NCBI GenBank assembly: GCA_963702205.1
Contig: OY969724.1
Location: 3,328,001-3,392,000, forward strand
Origin: an uncultured candidate division Zixibacteria bacterium
GTDB taxonomy: Bacteria; Zixibacteria; MSB-5A5; GN15; PGXB01
Reading direction: 5' to 3'
Length of the DNA: 64,000 nt
Below the pieces are notes generated by a model, which was given only the letters and a program-made list of their open reading frames with translations, searched no databases and had not been told where the DNA came from. Positions within the stretch are counted from its first letter, which is position 1; every line of letters starts with the position of its first letter. A program made the translations under genes and the position numbers. Below are positions 37,864-47,068 of the stretch, in pieces.

Positions 37864-39402
37864 TTAAAGCCAGAGGTTTCGATCGAGCGACCGATAATGA
37901 ATGGCCTCGGCAACATGACAAGAGTCGATAATCTCGACTCCTTCGAGATCGGCGATGGTTCGTGCAACTTTTAAAATTCTGTCGTAAGCGCGGGCGGACA
38001 GCCCCTGTGCTTGTATGGCCAGACTCAGGAGCGATTTCGACTTTTCGTCGATGGCGCAATAGGCCCTGATGTCGCGGGACATCATATGGGCGTTGCAGAA
38101 TATTTTTTTCTCGTTCTTGAATCTTTCCAGTTGCCGCTGACGGGCCAGATTGACTCTCTGCCTTATAATCTCGGATTTTTCTCCGCTGGCGCTTGATGAC
38201 AATTCCTCGAACTTCACCGATGGAACATTTATATGAATGTCGATGCGATCCAGCAGCGGGCCGGATATGCGCGACATATATCGCTGTATTGCCCCCATAG
38301 TGCACGTGCACTCGTGGTTGTTATCGCCGAAATATCCGCAGGGACACGGATTCATGGCCGCCGCGAGCATGAATCGCGCCGGGTACGTCAGGGTGGTCGT
38401 AGCCCGCGACAGCGTCACCTGACCGTCTTCCATCGGCTGGCGCATAACTTCAAGGGCGTCCTTATGAAATTCGGCGATTTCATCGAGGAACAGAACTCCG
38501 TGATGAGCCAGTGATACTTCTCCCGGCTTGGGTATTCTCCCGCCCCCGATAAGCCCGGCATCGGAAACGGTGTGATGCGGTGAGCGAAAAGGCCGGGTGG
38601 CGATCAGGGCCATATTTTCGGGAAGCAGACCGGCCACTGAATGGATTTTTGTGGTCTCCAGCGCTTCGGGGATAGTCATCTCCGGCAAAACCGTGGGCAG
38701 GCGCCGGGCCAGCATTGTTTTACCGGAGCCGGGCGGGCCGATCATAATAATATTGTGCCCACCGGCGGCGGCTATTTCAAGAGCGCGTTTGGCCGATTCC
38801 TGACCTTTGACATCGCAGAAATCAATGTCATATTTCCTCGAGGAATCGAAGACGGATTTTATGTCGAGTTTATAAGGAACAACGGCGGCCGGGTCTTCCA
38901 GAAACTGCACCGTTTCTTTCAGCGAGGCCACCGGAAAAACCGGAATGGATTCGGCCATGGCCGCTTCCGGGGCATTTTCTTTGGGGACGATCAATCCCTT
39001 TATGCCGCGAGTGCCATCAATCGACATTGACATCGGGAGCACACCGGGTACCGGCCGCAGCGCCCCATCAAGCGACAGTTCGCCCAAAAGCACATAATCA
39101 TCGAAACGATCGCGAAGAATCTGCCCGGTGGCGGCCAAAATACCCACCGCTATCGGCAAATCGAAGGCTGTCCCCTCTTTTCGGATATCCGCCGGAGCGA
39201 GATTAATCGTGACCTTTTTGGATGGAAAAATAAAATCGGAATTTTTTATTGCGGCCGTTACCCGTTCTTTGGATTCTCTAACCGCACCTTCCGGCAAACC
39301 GACCGTAATAAATGCCGGAAGTTGTTGCTGGATATCGGCTTCGACTTCAACCGAATATGCGTTTACACCCAACGTTGCCGAAGAAATAACCTTGGCAAGC
39401 AT
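37864..39402 (-). CDS. comM: YifB/ComM Mg-chelatase-like AAA+ ATPase
   Basis: VGLPEGAVRESKERV, INLAPAD, GELSLDG, GPPGSGKT, FRSPHH, PGEVSLAHHGVLFLDE, NPCPCG, LSARAYDRILKVARTIADL. Start ATG 39402. Confidence 0.95.
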   Translation of the reverse strand: MLAKVISSATLGVNAYSVEVEADIQQQLPAFITVGLPEGAVRESKERVTAAIKNSDFIFPSKKVTINLAPADIRKEGTAFDLPIAVGILAATGQILRDRFDDYVLLGELSLDGALRPVPGVLPMSMSIDGTRGIKGLIVPKENAPEAAMAESIPVFPVASLKETVQFLEDPAAVVPYKLDIKSVFDSSRKYDIDFCDVKGQESAKRALEIAAAGGHNIIMIGPPGSGKTMLARRLPTVLPEMTIPEALETTKIHSVAGLLPENMALIATRPFRSPHHTVSDAGLIGGGRIPKPGEVSLAHHGVLFLDEIAEFHKDALEVMRQPMEDGQVTLSRATTTLTYPARFMLAAAMNPCPCGYFGDNNHECTCTMGAIQRYMSRISGPLLDRIDIHINVPSVKFEELSSSASGEKSEIIRQRVNLARQRQLERFKNEKKIFCNAHMMSRDIRAYCAIDEKSKSLLSLAIQAQGLSARAYDRILKVARTIADLEGVEIIDSCHVAEAIHYRSLDRNLWL

Positions 39403-39407
39403 ATATA

Positions 39408-39550
39408 TCCCCCACCATTTGATGTCAGGCCGTATCAGGCCGCCTTGCGGCGACCGGCATCCGGCGGATATGGTATCACAGCGCTCTCCGGCCGTCCCAC
39501 TTGACAATATAACATGGGGGACTGACAGATACTGTCAGTGAAATATTATA
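39408..39550 (-). promoter_or_regulatory. Putative structured 5' leader of comM, with upstream palindrome and -10 box
   Basis: Nested inverted repeats TCCCCCA/TGGGGGA, TGTCA/TGACA, GGCCG/CGGCC, a CGCC-GCAA-GGCG hairpin, palindrome ACTGACAG-N3-CTGTCAGT (39521-39539) and TATAAT (39545-39550, minus). Confidence 0.45.
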
Positions 39551-39564
39551 AAAATGAAAAAAAT

Positions 39565-40044
39565 CTAATTAATATTGAGTTCTATTTTACGATAAATATC
39601 CGTATTTGGCGCCGGTGGATACAAATTCATGTCGAATTTCACAAAGACGAATTTATTATTGTCCACATAGTAATAATACGTTTGTTCCGGGTTTTCCTCG
39701 GCGACACAAATATCGCCGGATTGGTTTAACAGGTGAATTCGCAATGAATCGACTGCGAACTGCCAGGTACAAACATAATCACAAAAATTCGGCTGACCGG
39801 TCATGGTTGAATCGTTATCCATCAACAAAGTATCGACGCTGCCAGTTTCGAGGAACTGAAACGTCATCGTGTCGATATAAGTTCTTGGCGTCCCCGTAAA
39901 ATCCCGGATCACGGTATATGTGCCTTTGTATACGCCCGGACCGAACACCGGCTCATCTTTCTTATTATTGCTACAGGCAAAGACCAAAATCAATATGACC
40001 GCGATCGCTGTGGCAATGATCGATTTTTTTAATATGGAAACCAT
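39565..40044 (-). CDS. Lipoprotein of unknown function
   Basis: GAGGGG RBS before ATG 40044, lipobox VFAC, beta-rich body with two extra Cys. Confidence 0.75.
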   Translation of the reverse strand: MVSILKKSIIATAIAVILILVFACSNNKKDEPVFGPGVYKGTYTVIRDFTGTPRTYIDTMTFQFLETGSVDTLLMDNDSTMTGQPNFCDYVCTWQFAVDSLRIHLLNQSGDICVAEENPEQTYYYYVDNNKFVFVKFDMNLYPPAPNTDIYRKIELNIN

Positions 40045-40103
40045 CGTATCACCCCTCATTAAAGAATAAAGGCTTTTCTGGTCGCCCGCCAAGCTGGCCG
40101 GTG

Positions 40104-40565
40104 CTACTGAGTTATTTTTACCATTTTTATGATGAAGTTAAGTGACTGTTCGGGTATATAGTGTGCAATCTCTATGGTATCCTCGACCGTTTTAAAGGTA
40201 AAAGTCCCATTGACCAGAGTAGCTATGTCGCAGACGCTCCCAACGCCGGCAACTACTTTGGAAAAGGATATATCATTAACCGTTGCCCGGCTGTATTCCC
40301 CGGATGATACGTCGCAAACGCTGTTGTCGGGATCGGTAAAGGGATCCTCATTATCTACCGAATAGTTGAAGGCTTTATCGCTAAGAAAATTCCAGTTTAA
40401 TTTTACTTTGATAGTTTTCGCTGTACTGCTGCCATAATCTTCCGTATAATAGAAATACGCATCATAAACCCCGACCAGTTCGGTGGGAGGAGAGAGAATG
40501 ATGTCCTTGGCACAACTGGCCAGCAAAACCAAAGCGAAAAGGGTAAGCCAAAAATACTTGACCAT
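40104..40565 (-). CDS. Lipoprotein of unknown function
   Basis: AGGAG RBS, lipobox LASC, beta-rich body with two extra Cys; resembles its downstream neighbour. Confidence 0.78.
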   Translation of the reverse strand: MVKYFWLTLFALVLLASCAKDIILSPPTELVGVYDAYFYYTEDYGSSTAKTIKVKLNWNFLSDKAFNYSVDNEDPFTDPDNSVCDVSSGEYSRATVNDISFSKVVAGVGSVCDIATLVNGTFTFKTVEDTIEIAHYIPEQSLNFIIKMVKITQ

Positions 40566-40737
40566 AGATACAACTCCTTATAATACTCTACCTATTTCCC
40601 AAATGGCGAAGATACATAATTACGCCCCGTTTGACAACCTTTATCTTAATGGGTTCTTAATTTTATACCATTTCGGGGCAAGGTTTGTTTAAAAGAATCT
40701 GAGTCGATAATTCGCCGGAATTGGTCCCCAAGTTTTT

Positions 40738-41427
40738 TTAAAGCCGTATTTTTATTTCCGGGATTTCGATAACCTGGTTGATGTAAGTAATAACGTAGTC
40801 CGGTTTCTCCGAAGGATATCGCAGTTTCTGATCTTTATGCGGTCCGATCCTCAACCAGATCGTCTTCATCCCCAGCAATTTTGCCGGGATTATATCATTG
40901 TCCGGACGATCTCCGACCATGATGGCTTCTTCCGGCTTTGAGCCAAGGTTTTCAAGTACCTTTGCAAACATCCTGATATCCGGCTTTGAAAAACCTATTT
41001 CTTCGGAGACCATGGTTGAATCGAAATACTTCAGCACACCGTTTTGGGCAAGAAAGTCATACACATCGGTTGGCTGGTTGGCGGCAATCCCCAGTTTGAA
41101 CCGACCGGACAGCTTTTCGAGGACACCAATGACGCCGTTCTGAATACGATAAGGACACTTCTTATAATATTCCTCGAAACCTCCCCGAATCTCCGCAAAG
41201 GCCTCTTCGTCGGGCTGCACGAATTGCCAGATGACATAGGAAAAAAGCGAAGGAGAATAACAGGCGATGCCTTCGTCCTGGGCTCGCAGGACGTCGTCTC
41301 TATTGATATTTTTCCCGGTTTTATTTTTGACGGCGTCGATTATGAACCGGTACCAGCCTTCGTGAGCCTCGGTTTCGTCGATTATGGGCCAGCCGACATC
41401 GAACAAAATGGTTGTGAACCCGGGCAT
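40738..41427 (-). CDS. HAD-superfamily hydrolase
   Basis: ILFDVG, GIAANQ, SEEIGFSKPD, MVGDRPDNDI.PAK.LGM. Confidence 0.9.
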   Translation of the reverse strand: MPGFTTILFDVGWPIIDETEAHEGWYRFIIDAVKNKTGKNINRDDVLRAQDEGIACYSPSLFSYVIWQFVQPDEEAFAEIRGGFEEYYKKCPYRIQNGVIGVLEKLSGRFKLGIAANQPTDVYDFLAQNGVLKYFDSTMVSEEIGFSKPDIRMFAKVLENLGSKPEEAIMVGDRPDNDIIPAKLLGMKTIWLRIGPHKDQKLRYPSEKPDYVITYINQVIEIPEIKIRL

Positions 41428-41446
41428 AGCTCCCCCAAATAACTAA

Positions 41447-41470
41447 GGGCAGGAAGTATTCTTCCTGCCC
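41447..41470 (-). terminator. Hairpin after ppdK
   Basis: GGGCAGGAAG-N4-CTTCCTGCCC 10-bp stem, followed on the minus strand by TTAGTTATTT. Confidence 0.6.
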
Positions 41471-41491
41471 CGATGATAAACCACTCTATGA

Positions 41492-44400
41492 TTATTTATC
41501 GCGTTCGGCGGATTTCTTTCTCGCGTTGATGGTCGATTGTGCGGCGGCCAGCCTCGCGATCGGAACCCGGAAGGGCGAGCACGAAACATAATTCAACCCG
41601 ACTCGATGACAGAAATCGATCGACGACGGATCTCCACCGTGTTCACCGCAAATTCCAACCTTCAAGTCAGGGTTGGTTTTGCGGCCCCTTTGTGTTCCCA
41701 TTTCGACCAGTTGTCCAACACCTTTCTGATCCAGCGAAATAAACGGATCGGCCGGCAGAATTTCCTTTTCGACGTAATAGCGCAGGAACTTTCCGGCGTC
41801 GTCGCGGGAAAAGCCCATCGCCATCTGCGTCAGGTCATTGGTGCCGAAACTGAAGAATTGCGCCTCTTCGGCGATTTCATCGGCCGTCAGGGCGGCGCGC
41901 GGAATCTCGATCATGGTGCCGACCAGGTATTCCAGGTTCTTGACCTTGTACTTATTAATCGTCTCGTTGGCGATACGTTCGACAATTTCTTTCTGGTTTC
42001 TGAATTCGTTAATATGCCCGACCAGCGGTATCATAATTTCCGGAATGACCTTTTTCTTGTCGCGGTATATTTCGCAGGCAGCTTCCATAATGGCGCGCAC
42101 CTGCATCTCCGTAATTTCAGGAAACACGATGCCGAGACGACAGCCCCGGTGCCCGAGCATGGGATTAACCTCTTTCAATTCATCGATACGCTGGAGGATC
42201 TTCTTCTTACGGGCCAGCTTTTCGTCGTAAAGCTCGTCGGCTTTATCAAGTTCCTCGATTTCCTGCTTGATGTCCAACTTATTGGGCAGGAATTCGTGCA
42301 ACGGGGGATCGAGCGTCCGGATCGTCACCGGATAACCGTGCATTTTAGAGAACAGACCCTTGAAGTCCTTCTTCTGAAAAGGCAGGAGTTTGTCCAGGGC
42401 CTGCTGACGTTCCTCGGTGGAGTCGGCCAGAATCATCTCCTGTACTATCGGCAAACGATCTTCGGCGAAAAACATATGTTCGGTGCGGCACAGCCCGATA
42501 CCTTCGGCGCCGTACTTTAAGGCCTGTTCGGCGTCGTGCGGCGTATCGGCGTTGGTGCGCACTTTAAGTTCCCTGATTTCATCGGCCCACGACATGAATT
42601 CCGCGAATTCACCTGATAATTCCGGTTCGATCGTCGGAACTTCACCGAAAATAACCTCACCGGTGGATCCGTTCAGGGTAATGATTTCCTTTTCTTTGAT
42701 CGTCAACCGCCCGATTTGCAGCTGCTTCTTGGATTCATTGACCCGGGCCGCTTCACACCCGGCGACACAGCATTTGCCCATACCGCGCGCCACGACGGCG
42801 GCGTGGGAGGTCATACCTCCGCGCGAAGTCAAAATACCCGCCGCGGCGTGCATGCCTTCGATGTCATCCGGGTTGGTTTCCTGACGCACCAGGATAACCG
42901 GACCGTGCTTGGTACCCTTGACGGCGTCTTCGGCATTGAAATATACCGCTCCCGAGGCCGCTCCGGGCGAAGCCGGAAGGCCCTTGGCAATAACTTCAAA
43001 TTTTGCGGCGGGGTCGAGACGGGGATGCAGGAGATGATCGAGCTGCGACGGATCGATACGCATTATGGCTTCTTCTTTGGTGATTAGCTTTTCCTTGACC
43101 ATATCGACCGCGATTTTCATGGCCGCCTGGACAGTCCGTTTGCCCGTGCGCGTCTGCAGCATGTACAGTTCGCCTTCCTGAACGGTGAACTCGAAATCCT
43201 GGACGTCGCGATAATGACTTTCAAGAAGGTCGGTTATTTTTTTCAGCTTCTTGTAGGCGGCCGGCATTTCTTCGGCCAGCTGCGATATCGGCTGAGGTGT
43301 CCGAATCCCGGCAACAACGTCTTCGCCCTGGGCATTGATCAAATACTCACCATAAAACTCTTTTTTGCCGTCGGCGGGATTGCGGGTAAAGCCCACACCG
43401 GTTCCGGAATTATTACCCATATTACCGTAGACCATAGCCTGAATATTGACGGCGGTGCCCAGATCGCCGGGAATATTGTTCAGACGCCGATAGCTGATGG
43501 CACGCGGATTGTTCCACGACCGAAAAACGGCATCCCGGGCCATACGCAGCTGGACGTATGGATCATCGGGGAATTCCTCGCCTGTCTTGCGACTTACGAC
43601 GCCTTTGAACTTCTTGATTATATCTTTGAGGTCTTCGACCTGAAGGGAGGAATCCTGCTTAATCTTGCGATCCTTCTTCTTTTTATCGATTATGGTTTCG
43701 AACTTATCCTTGTCGATACCCAGAACGACGTTTCCGAACATTTGAATAAAGCGTCGATACAAATCGTACGTGAACCGTTCGTCACCGGTTTTGGCCGCCA
43801 TACCCTGAAGGGTCTCCGGATTAAGGCCGAGATTGAGGACGGTATCCATCATGCCGGGCATGGAGAACTTGGCCCCGGAACGGACCGATACAAGAAGCGG
43901 ATCCTCGGGATTTCCGAATTTGGAACCGACCAACTTTTCGATCCTGGCCATATATGTTTCCATCTCTTTGTCAATATCATCGGGAATAGCCAGATCGTTT
44001 TCATAATATATCTTGCAGACTTCGGTCGTGATCGTAAAGCCCGGAGGGACGGGTATCTTCGCCAGACTCATTTCGGCCAGACCGGCGCCCTTGCCCCCCA
44101 GAAGATCGCGCATCTGGGCACTGCCGTCGGCCTTGCCACCGCCGAAGAAATAAAACGCGGGATGCTCCAGCTTGAATGCCTTCGCCTGGCTGACACTTTG
44201 GCGGGTCATCTTTTTGGTTGATTTTGACTTTGCTGCGGTACTCACTTTTGATGTCTTTCCTTTAGTTAATGTTTTGGCTGATTTAGGCTTGGTGGCCCTG
44301 GTCGAAGCTTTTTGGGCCGTCGTCCGCGAACGAGCCGTCTTTTTGCCGACGGTCGGTTTCGTTCGTCTCGTTTTGGCCGGTGCGGCCTTTTTGGCGACTA

Positions 44401-44542
44401 CTTTTTTCTTGGGAGCCGCTTTCGATTTGGAAATTTTTGATTTAGGCTTCGCTTTGGTCCCGGTTGACTTCTTCGCAGGTGTCTTTTTATTCGAAGCAGT
44501 TTTAGCTGATGCTGTTTTGTTTTTTTTCTTGACTGGCACCAT
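41492..44542 (-). CDS. ppdK: Pyruvate, phosphate dikinase with ~120-aa Lys/Ala/Thr/Ser-rich N-terminal extension
   Basis: LLGGKGAGLAEM, PLLVSVRSGA..SMPGMMDT, GGMTSHAAVVARG, GLCRTEHMF, GTMIEIPRA, SFGTNDLTQ, GICGEHGG; GGGAGG RBS before ATG 44542. Confidence 0.97.
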   Translation of the reverse strand: MVPVKKKNKTASAKTASNKKTPAKKSTGTKAKPKSKISKSKAAPKKKVVAKKAAPAKTRRTKPTVGKKTARSRTTAQKASTRATKPKSAKTLTKGKTSKVSTAAKSKSTKKMTRQSVSQAKAFKLEHPAFYFFGGGKADGSAQMRDLLGGKGAGLAEMSLAKIPVPPGFTITTEVCKIYYENDLAIPDDIDKEMETYMARIEKLVGSKFGNPEDPLLVSVRSGAKFSMPGMMDTVLNLGLNPETLQGMAAKTGDERFTYDLYRRFIQMFGNVVLGIDKDKFETIIDKKKKDRKIKQDSSLQVEDLKDIIKKFKGVVSRKTGEEFPDDPYVQLRMARDAVFRSWNNPRAISYRRLNNIPGDLGTAVNIQAMVYGNMGNNSGTGVGFTRNPADGKKEFYGEYLINAQGEDVVAGIRTPQPISQLAEEMPAAYKKLKKITDLLESHYRDVQDFEFTVQEGELYMLQTRTGKRTVQAAMKIAVDMVKEKLITKEEAIMRIDPSQLDHLLHPRLDPAAKFEVIAKGLPASPGAASGAVYFNAEDAVKGTKHGPVILVRQETNPDDIEGMHAAAGILTSRGGMTSHAAVVARGMGKCCVAGCEAARVNESKKQLQIGRLTIKEKEIITLNGSTGEVIFGEVPTIEPELSGEFAEFMSWADEIRELKVRTNADTPHDAEQALKYGAEGIGLCRTEHMFFAEDRLPIVQEMILADSTEERQQALDKLLPFQKKDFKGLFSKMHGYPVTIRTLDPPLHEFLPNKLDIKQEIEELDKADELYDEKLARKKKILQRIDELKEVNPMLGHRGCRLGIVFPEITEMQVRAIMEAACEIYRDKKKVIPEIMIPLVGHINEFRNQKEIVERIANETINKYKVKNLEYLVGTMIEIPRAALTADEIAEEAQFFSFGTNDLTQMAMGFSRDDAGKFLRYYVEKEILPADPFISLDQKGVGQLVEMGTQRGRKTNPDLKVGICGEHGGDPSSIDFCHRVGLNYVSCSPFRVPIARLAAAQSTINARKKSAERDK

Positions 44543-44663
44543 TCTGCCTCCCTGCCATGGAAATAGTTTGCTATTTTGCGAAATTATATCATGCCACTAA
44601 TTATAATACAACAAATAACTTAATTCGATGACCATTCGTTCCGAGAATTCTGGCCAAACTCAT

Positions 44664-44697
44664 AAAAAAGGCGGCTGTCGAATAAATGACAACCGCC
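44664..44697 (-). terminator. Rho-independent terminator
   Basis: Minus strand GGCGGTTGTC-N8-GACAGCCGCC-TTTTTT after the 110-aa gene. Confidence 0.8.
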
Positions 44698-44718
44698 CGA
44701 ATTTCTCAAAGAAGTCAA

Positions 44719-45051
44719 CTACATGGTGAACATTCGCTCTCCGCTTACTATTTTCTCCAGCATCTTCAGGGTTTTTTCCACGGGAGAATGCATCAAATCA
44801 GACGTATTGAAGGTCATACGGACGACTTCGCGCGGACAGGAAAAGTTGGCTTTGCCCCGCCCTCCGCGGGCCTTTTTCTTGTGAGTCAAATTATACTGCC
44901 GTTGATATTCCTTGGCCTTCTCCTTGTGCATCTGATAATAACGACGCTGGTATTCGCGCCGCGCCTCAGGCGTGGATAACTTCCCTGATCCTTTTTTTCT
45001 GCCGCGAGTACTTTTCTTCGGACTCCCGGCAGAATCTGAGGTATTAGCCAT
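44719..45051 (-). CDS. Small, highly basic hypothetical protein
   Basis: GAGGTGGGG RBS, own promoter and terminator; KKSTRGRKK, REYQRRYY/KEYQRQY repeat, KKKARGGRGK. Confidence 0.8.
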   Translation of the reverse strand: MANTSDSAGSPKKSTRGRKKGSGKLSTPEARREYQRRYYQMHKEKAKEYQRQYNLTHKKKARGGRGKANFSCPREVVRMTFNTSDLMHSPVEKTLKMLEKIVSGERMFTM

Positions 45052-45134
45052 CCCCCACCTCTCTTTAAGCAGTAAAAGGTTATTCGCCCTTAAATAAGTT
45101 TAAGGCCTGACTGGAGTATTCCGTAACTTCTTTA

Positions 45135-45163
45135 GTTATACGGAGAAACGAAGTATTTGTCAA
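45135..45163 (-). promoter_or_regulatory. Sigma70-type promoter of the 110-aa gene
   Basis: Minus strand TTGACA-17nt-TATAAC. Confidence 0.8.
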
Positions 45164-45204
45164 GCGAAAAATGCGTTTTCAGTAATTTTTTTTTCAATAA
45201 CTTG

Positions 45205-45286
45205 TTATCCACAAACAACTTAACTTTACACATAATTTTGCAATGCGTAACTTTTTGTGCCTCAAATATTTACTGATATATCCACA
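45205..45286 (+). promoter_or_regulatory. DnaA-box-like motifs
   Basis: TTATCCACA (45205-45213, perfect); CTTTACACA (45224-45232) and ATATCCACA (45278-45286), one mismatch each to TTWTNCACA; same orientation. Confidence 0.4.
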
Positions 45287-45324
45287 TTTTTTCAACCAAG
45301 TGCCTTTGGCCCTTAAACTAACAT

Positions 45325-45358
45325 AAAAGACAAAGGCCCCATCAAAGAATGGGGCCTT
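45325..45358 (-). terminator. Rho-independent terminator ending the 12-gene membrane operon
   Basis: Minus strand AAGGCCCCAT-N6-ATGGGGCCTT-TGTCTTTT, 20 nt after the last stop. Confidence 0.8.
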
Positions 45359-45378
45359 ATTTCTAAAATTAAATCAAT

Positions 45379-46173
45379 CTATGCCTCTCGTTTTCGACGG
45401 CCCAAAAATTGGATAAATTCATAAACCGCCAATAAAACAAATATTCCAATTGTTATAAACCAGATGACGGGATAGGTTCCGCCGCTTGTCGACCAGGCCG
45501 TTTTGGTCCAGTCGCCGACATATTGAATGCGCTGCACGAACAGTGAAATACGTCCCATCACGGTATAACCGAACGAGGCACCGAATCCGACCATCAGAAT
45601 CCAAATTCCAAAACGCGCGACTCCTTTAAAGACGCCGGTATGTTCCTTGGAAAAGAAGAAGTAAAACAGCGCGGCTATGGTTCCGACGAAGATAATCAAC
45701 TGGGATAATCCCGATGCCGGATTTATCAGTGAACCGCCGAAAAAGTTGCCCCAGTCGACACTGGTCATCGACGAATATATCTGGACATTGACGCGGTTCT
45801 TCATTTCGAGCGGGACCGATACGCCGGCCGCAATACCCATGTATAGTGCAATCGGCCAGCGGCTGATCCATGACCATTTTCGTGAAAAACGGGTCCACAT
45901 CATCACGCCCAATAAGGCCGGAATAAGGTACCATGGCTTGCTGGAATTCAGCCATACCATGTAGAAATTGCCGTCGTTGAGACGATCAAACAGGTTCGGC
46001 TGAAGGCCATTGTGCCACAAAATGATGACGAAGTAACCGGCCGAGACGCCCACTACCAGGTGTTCCGCGAGTTTATACAGCGGATTGTCCCGATAGAGAA
46101 ACGAATAAATGCACAGGGTTAAGAAGGCGCCCAGCGTGGTCCATAAGAACGTACCTATTGACATTTCCTGCAT
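45379..46173 (-). CDS. Module 3, subunit D: multi-TM membrane protein of unknown function
   Basis: AFLTL..YSFLYRDNPLYKLAEHL.VGVSAGY, SRWP, FFFSKEH.G, IW..M..FGASFGYTVMGRISL; extra C-terminal TM; GGAGG RBS. Confidence 0.85.
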   Translation of the reverse strand: MQEMSIGTFLWTTLGAFLTLCIYSFLYRDNPLYKLAEHLVVGVSAGYFVIILWHNGLQPNLFDRLNDGNFYMVWLNSSKPWYLIPALLGVMMWTRFSRKWSWISRWPIALYMGIAAGVSVPLEMKNRVNVQIYSSMTSVDWGNFFGGSLINPASGLSQLIIFVGTIAALFYFFFSKEHTGVFKGVARFGIWILMVGFGASFGYTVMGRISLFVQRIQYVGDWTKTAWSTSGGTYPVIWFITIGIFVLLAVYEFIQFLGRRKREA

Positions 46174-46188
46174 TATAAACTCACCTCC

Positions 46189-47055
46189 TTAAACCTGCTT
46201 TTTCCGACGGGAAACCAGAAAGCCGATATTGCCCATCAGAATGAAAAGGATTATAACGATATGTGCGTAAAGCTGAATTCTCATACCGTCGATTGCCGGT
46301 CCCGGATTATCGGCCAATTTCTCGTACTGGGCGGCACCGAGCAATCCACCCATTAATCCGAAGACCTGACCGGAATTCAGATACGGATAATAATCGGCAC
46401 CCATGACACCGGTCATACCCAGCGCCAGCGGGAAATTGTATCGTCCCTGTCCGTACGAGATCCACATATCGGCCACGTTGCCGGCTGCGAAATCGACGAC
46501 GCACTTGATCTGATCATAGTTCAGAATACCTTTCATCAAAGGTATGCTGTCGAGCGGAGTGCCGTAATAGTCGGTCGGAAACGGGAGGCGGAAATTCTGC
46601 CCCATGCCGAGAATAACGAGGGCCGGGTACGGTTTGTAGCCCAGGAAGACATAATCCTTACCGTTGACCAGTTTACGGGGCGGATATTCAACGCCGTTAT
46701 AGATTTTGTCTATCATAAGCGAATCCGAAATATCACGAATGGCCTGGTCGGCCATACCCGGACCATTCTGAGACAGGGTCACGAAAATCACCTTGAGGTT
46801 CTTGCGGAAAGCCTGCTCGGCGATTGCGTACGTCATCGGGTGCAGTTCCGCGAGAGCGTTGGGGTCATAATCGATGGCCAGTAAAATATAATCGCCTGCT
46901 TGAAGTGATTCCACTTTATCGTATATGCTTTTCACTTCCGGTGTGACTCTGATCTTGATCGAAAACGGGATTAAGTACGTAATCACACAGACAAGGGCTA
47001 TAAAGAGGAAGACCCAGCGGCGATCGAGCGACATCATACGATCGAATATATTCAT
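46189..47055 (-). CDS. Module 3, subunit C: membrane-anchored alpha/beta-domain protein of unknown function
   Basis: GAGGAGG RBS before ATG 47055; DRRWVFLF, DYDP...AEL.PM, DYVFLGYK, D.YGTPLDSIP, YPYL..GQ..GL.GGL.GAAQYE, AH..II.FI..GN. Confidence 0.85.
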   Translation of the reverse strand: MNIFDRMMSLDRRWVFLFIALVCVITYLIPFSIKIRVTPEVKSIYDKVESLQAGDYILLAIDYDPNALAELHPMTYAIAEQAFRKNLKVIFVTLSQNGPGMADQAIRDISDSLMIDKIYNGVEYPPRKLVNGKDYVFLGYKPYPALVILGMGQNFRLPFPTDYYGTPLDSIPLMKGILNYDQIKCVVDFAAGNVADMWISYGQGRYNFPLALGMTGVMGADYYPYLNSGQVFGLMGGLLGAAQYEKLADNPGPAIDGMRIQLYAHIVIILFILMGNIGFLVSRRKKQV

Positions 47056-47068
47056 TGCTCCATCCTCC

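Noticed and set aside
37864..39402. Mobile element inserted in comM (a known integration hotspot)
   Set aside because: The ORF is intact and no integrase is adjacent.
41537..44221. 327-aa and 335-aa plus-strand ORFs
   Set aside because: Antisense shadows of ppdK.
45164..45300. oriC
   Set aside because: Only one perfect DnaA box and no dnaA, dnaN or gidA nearby; kept only as a possible regulatory site.
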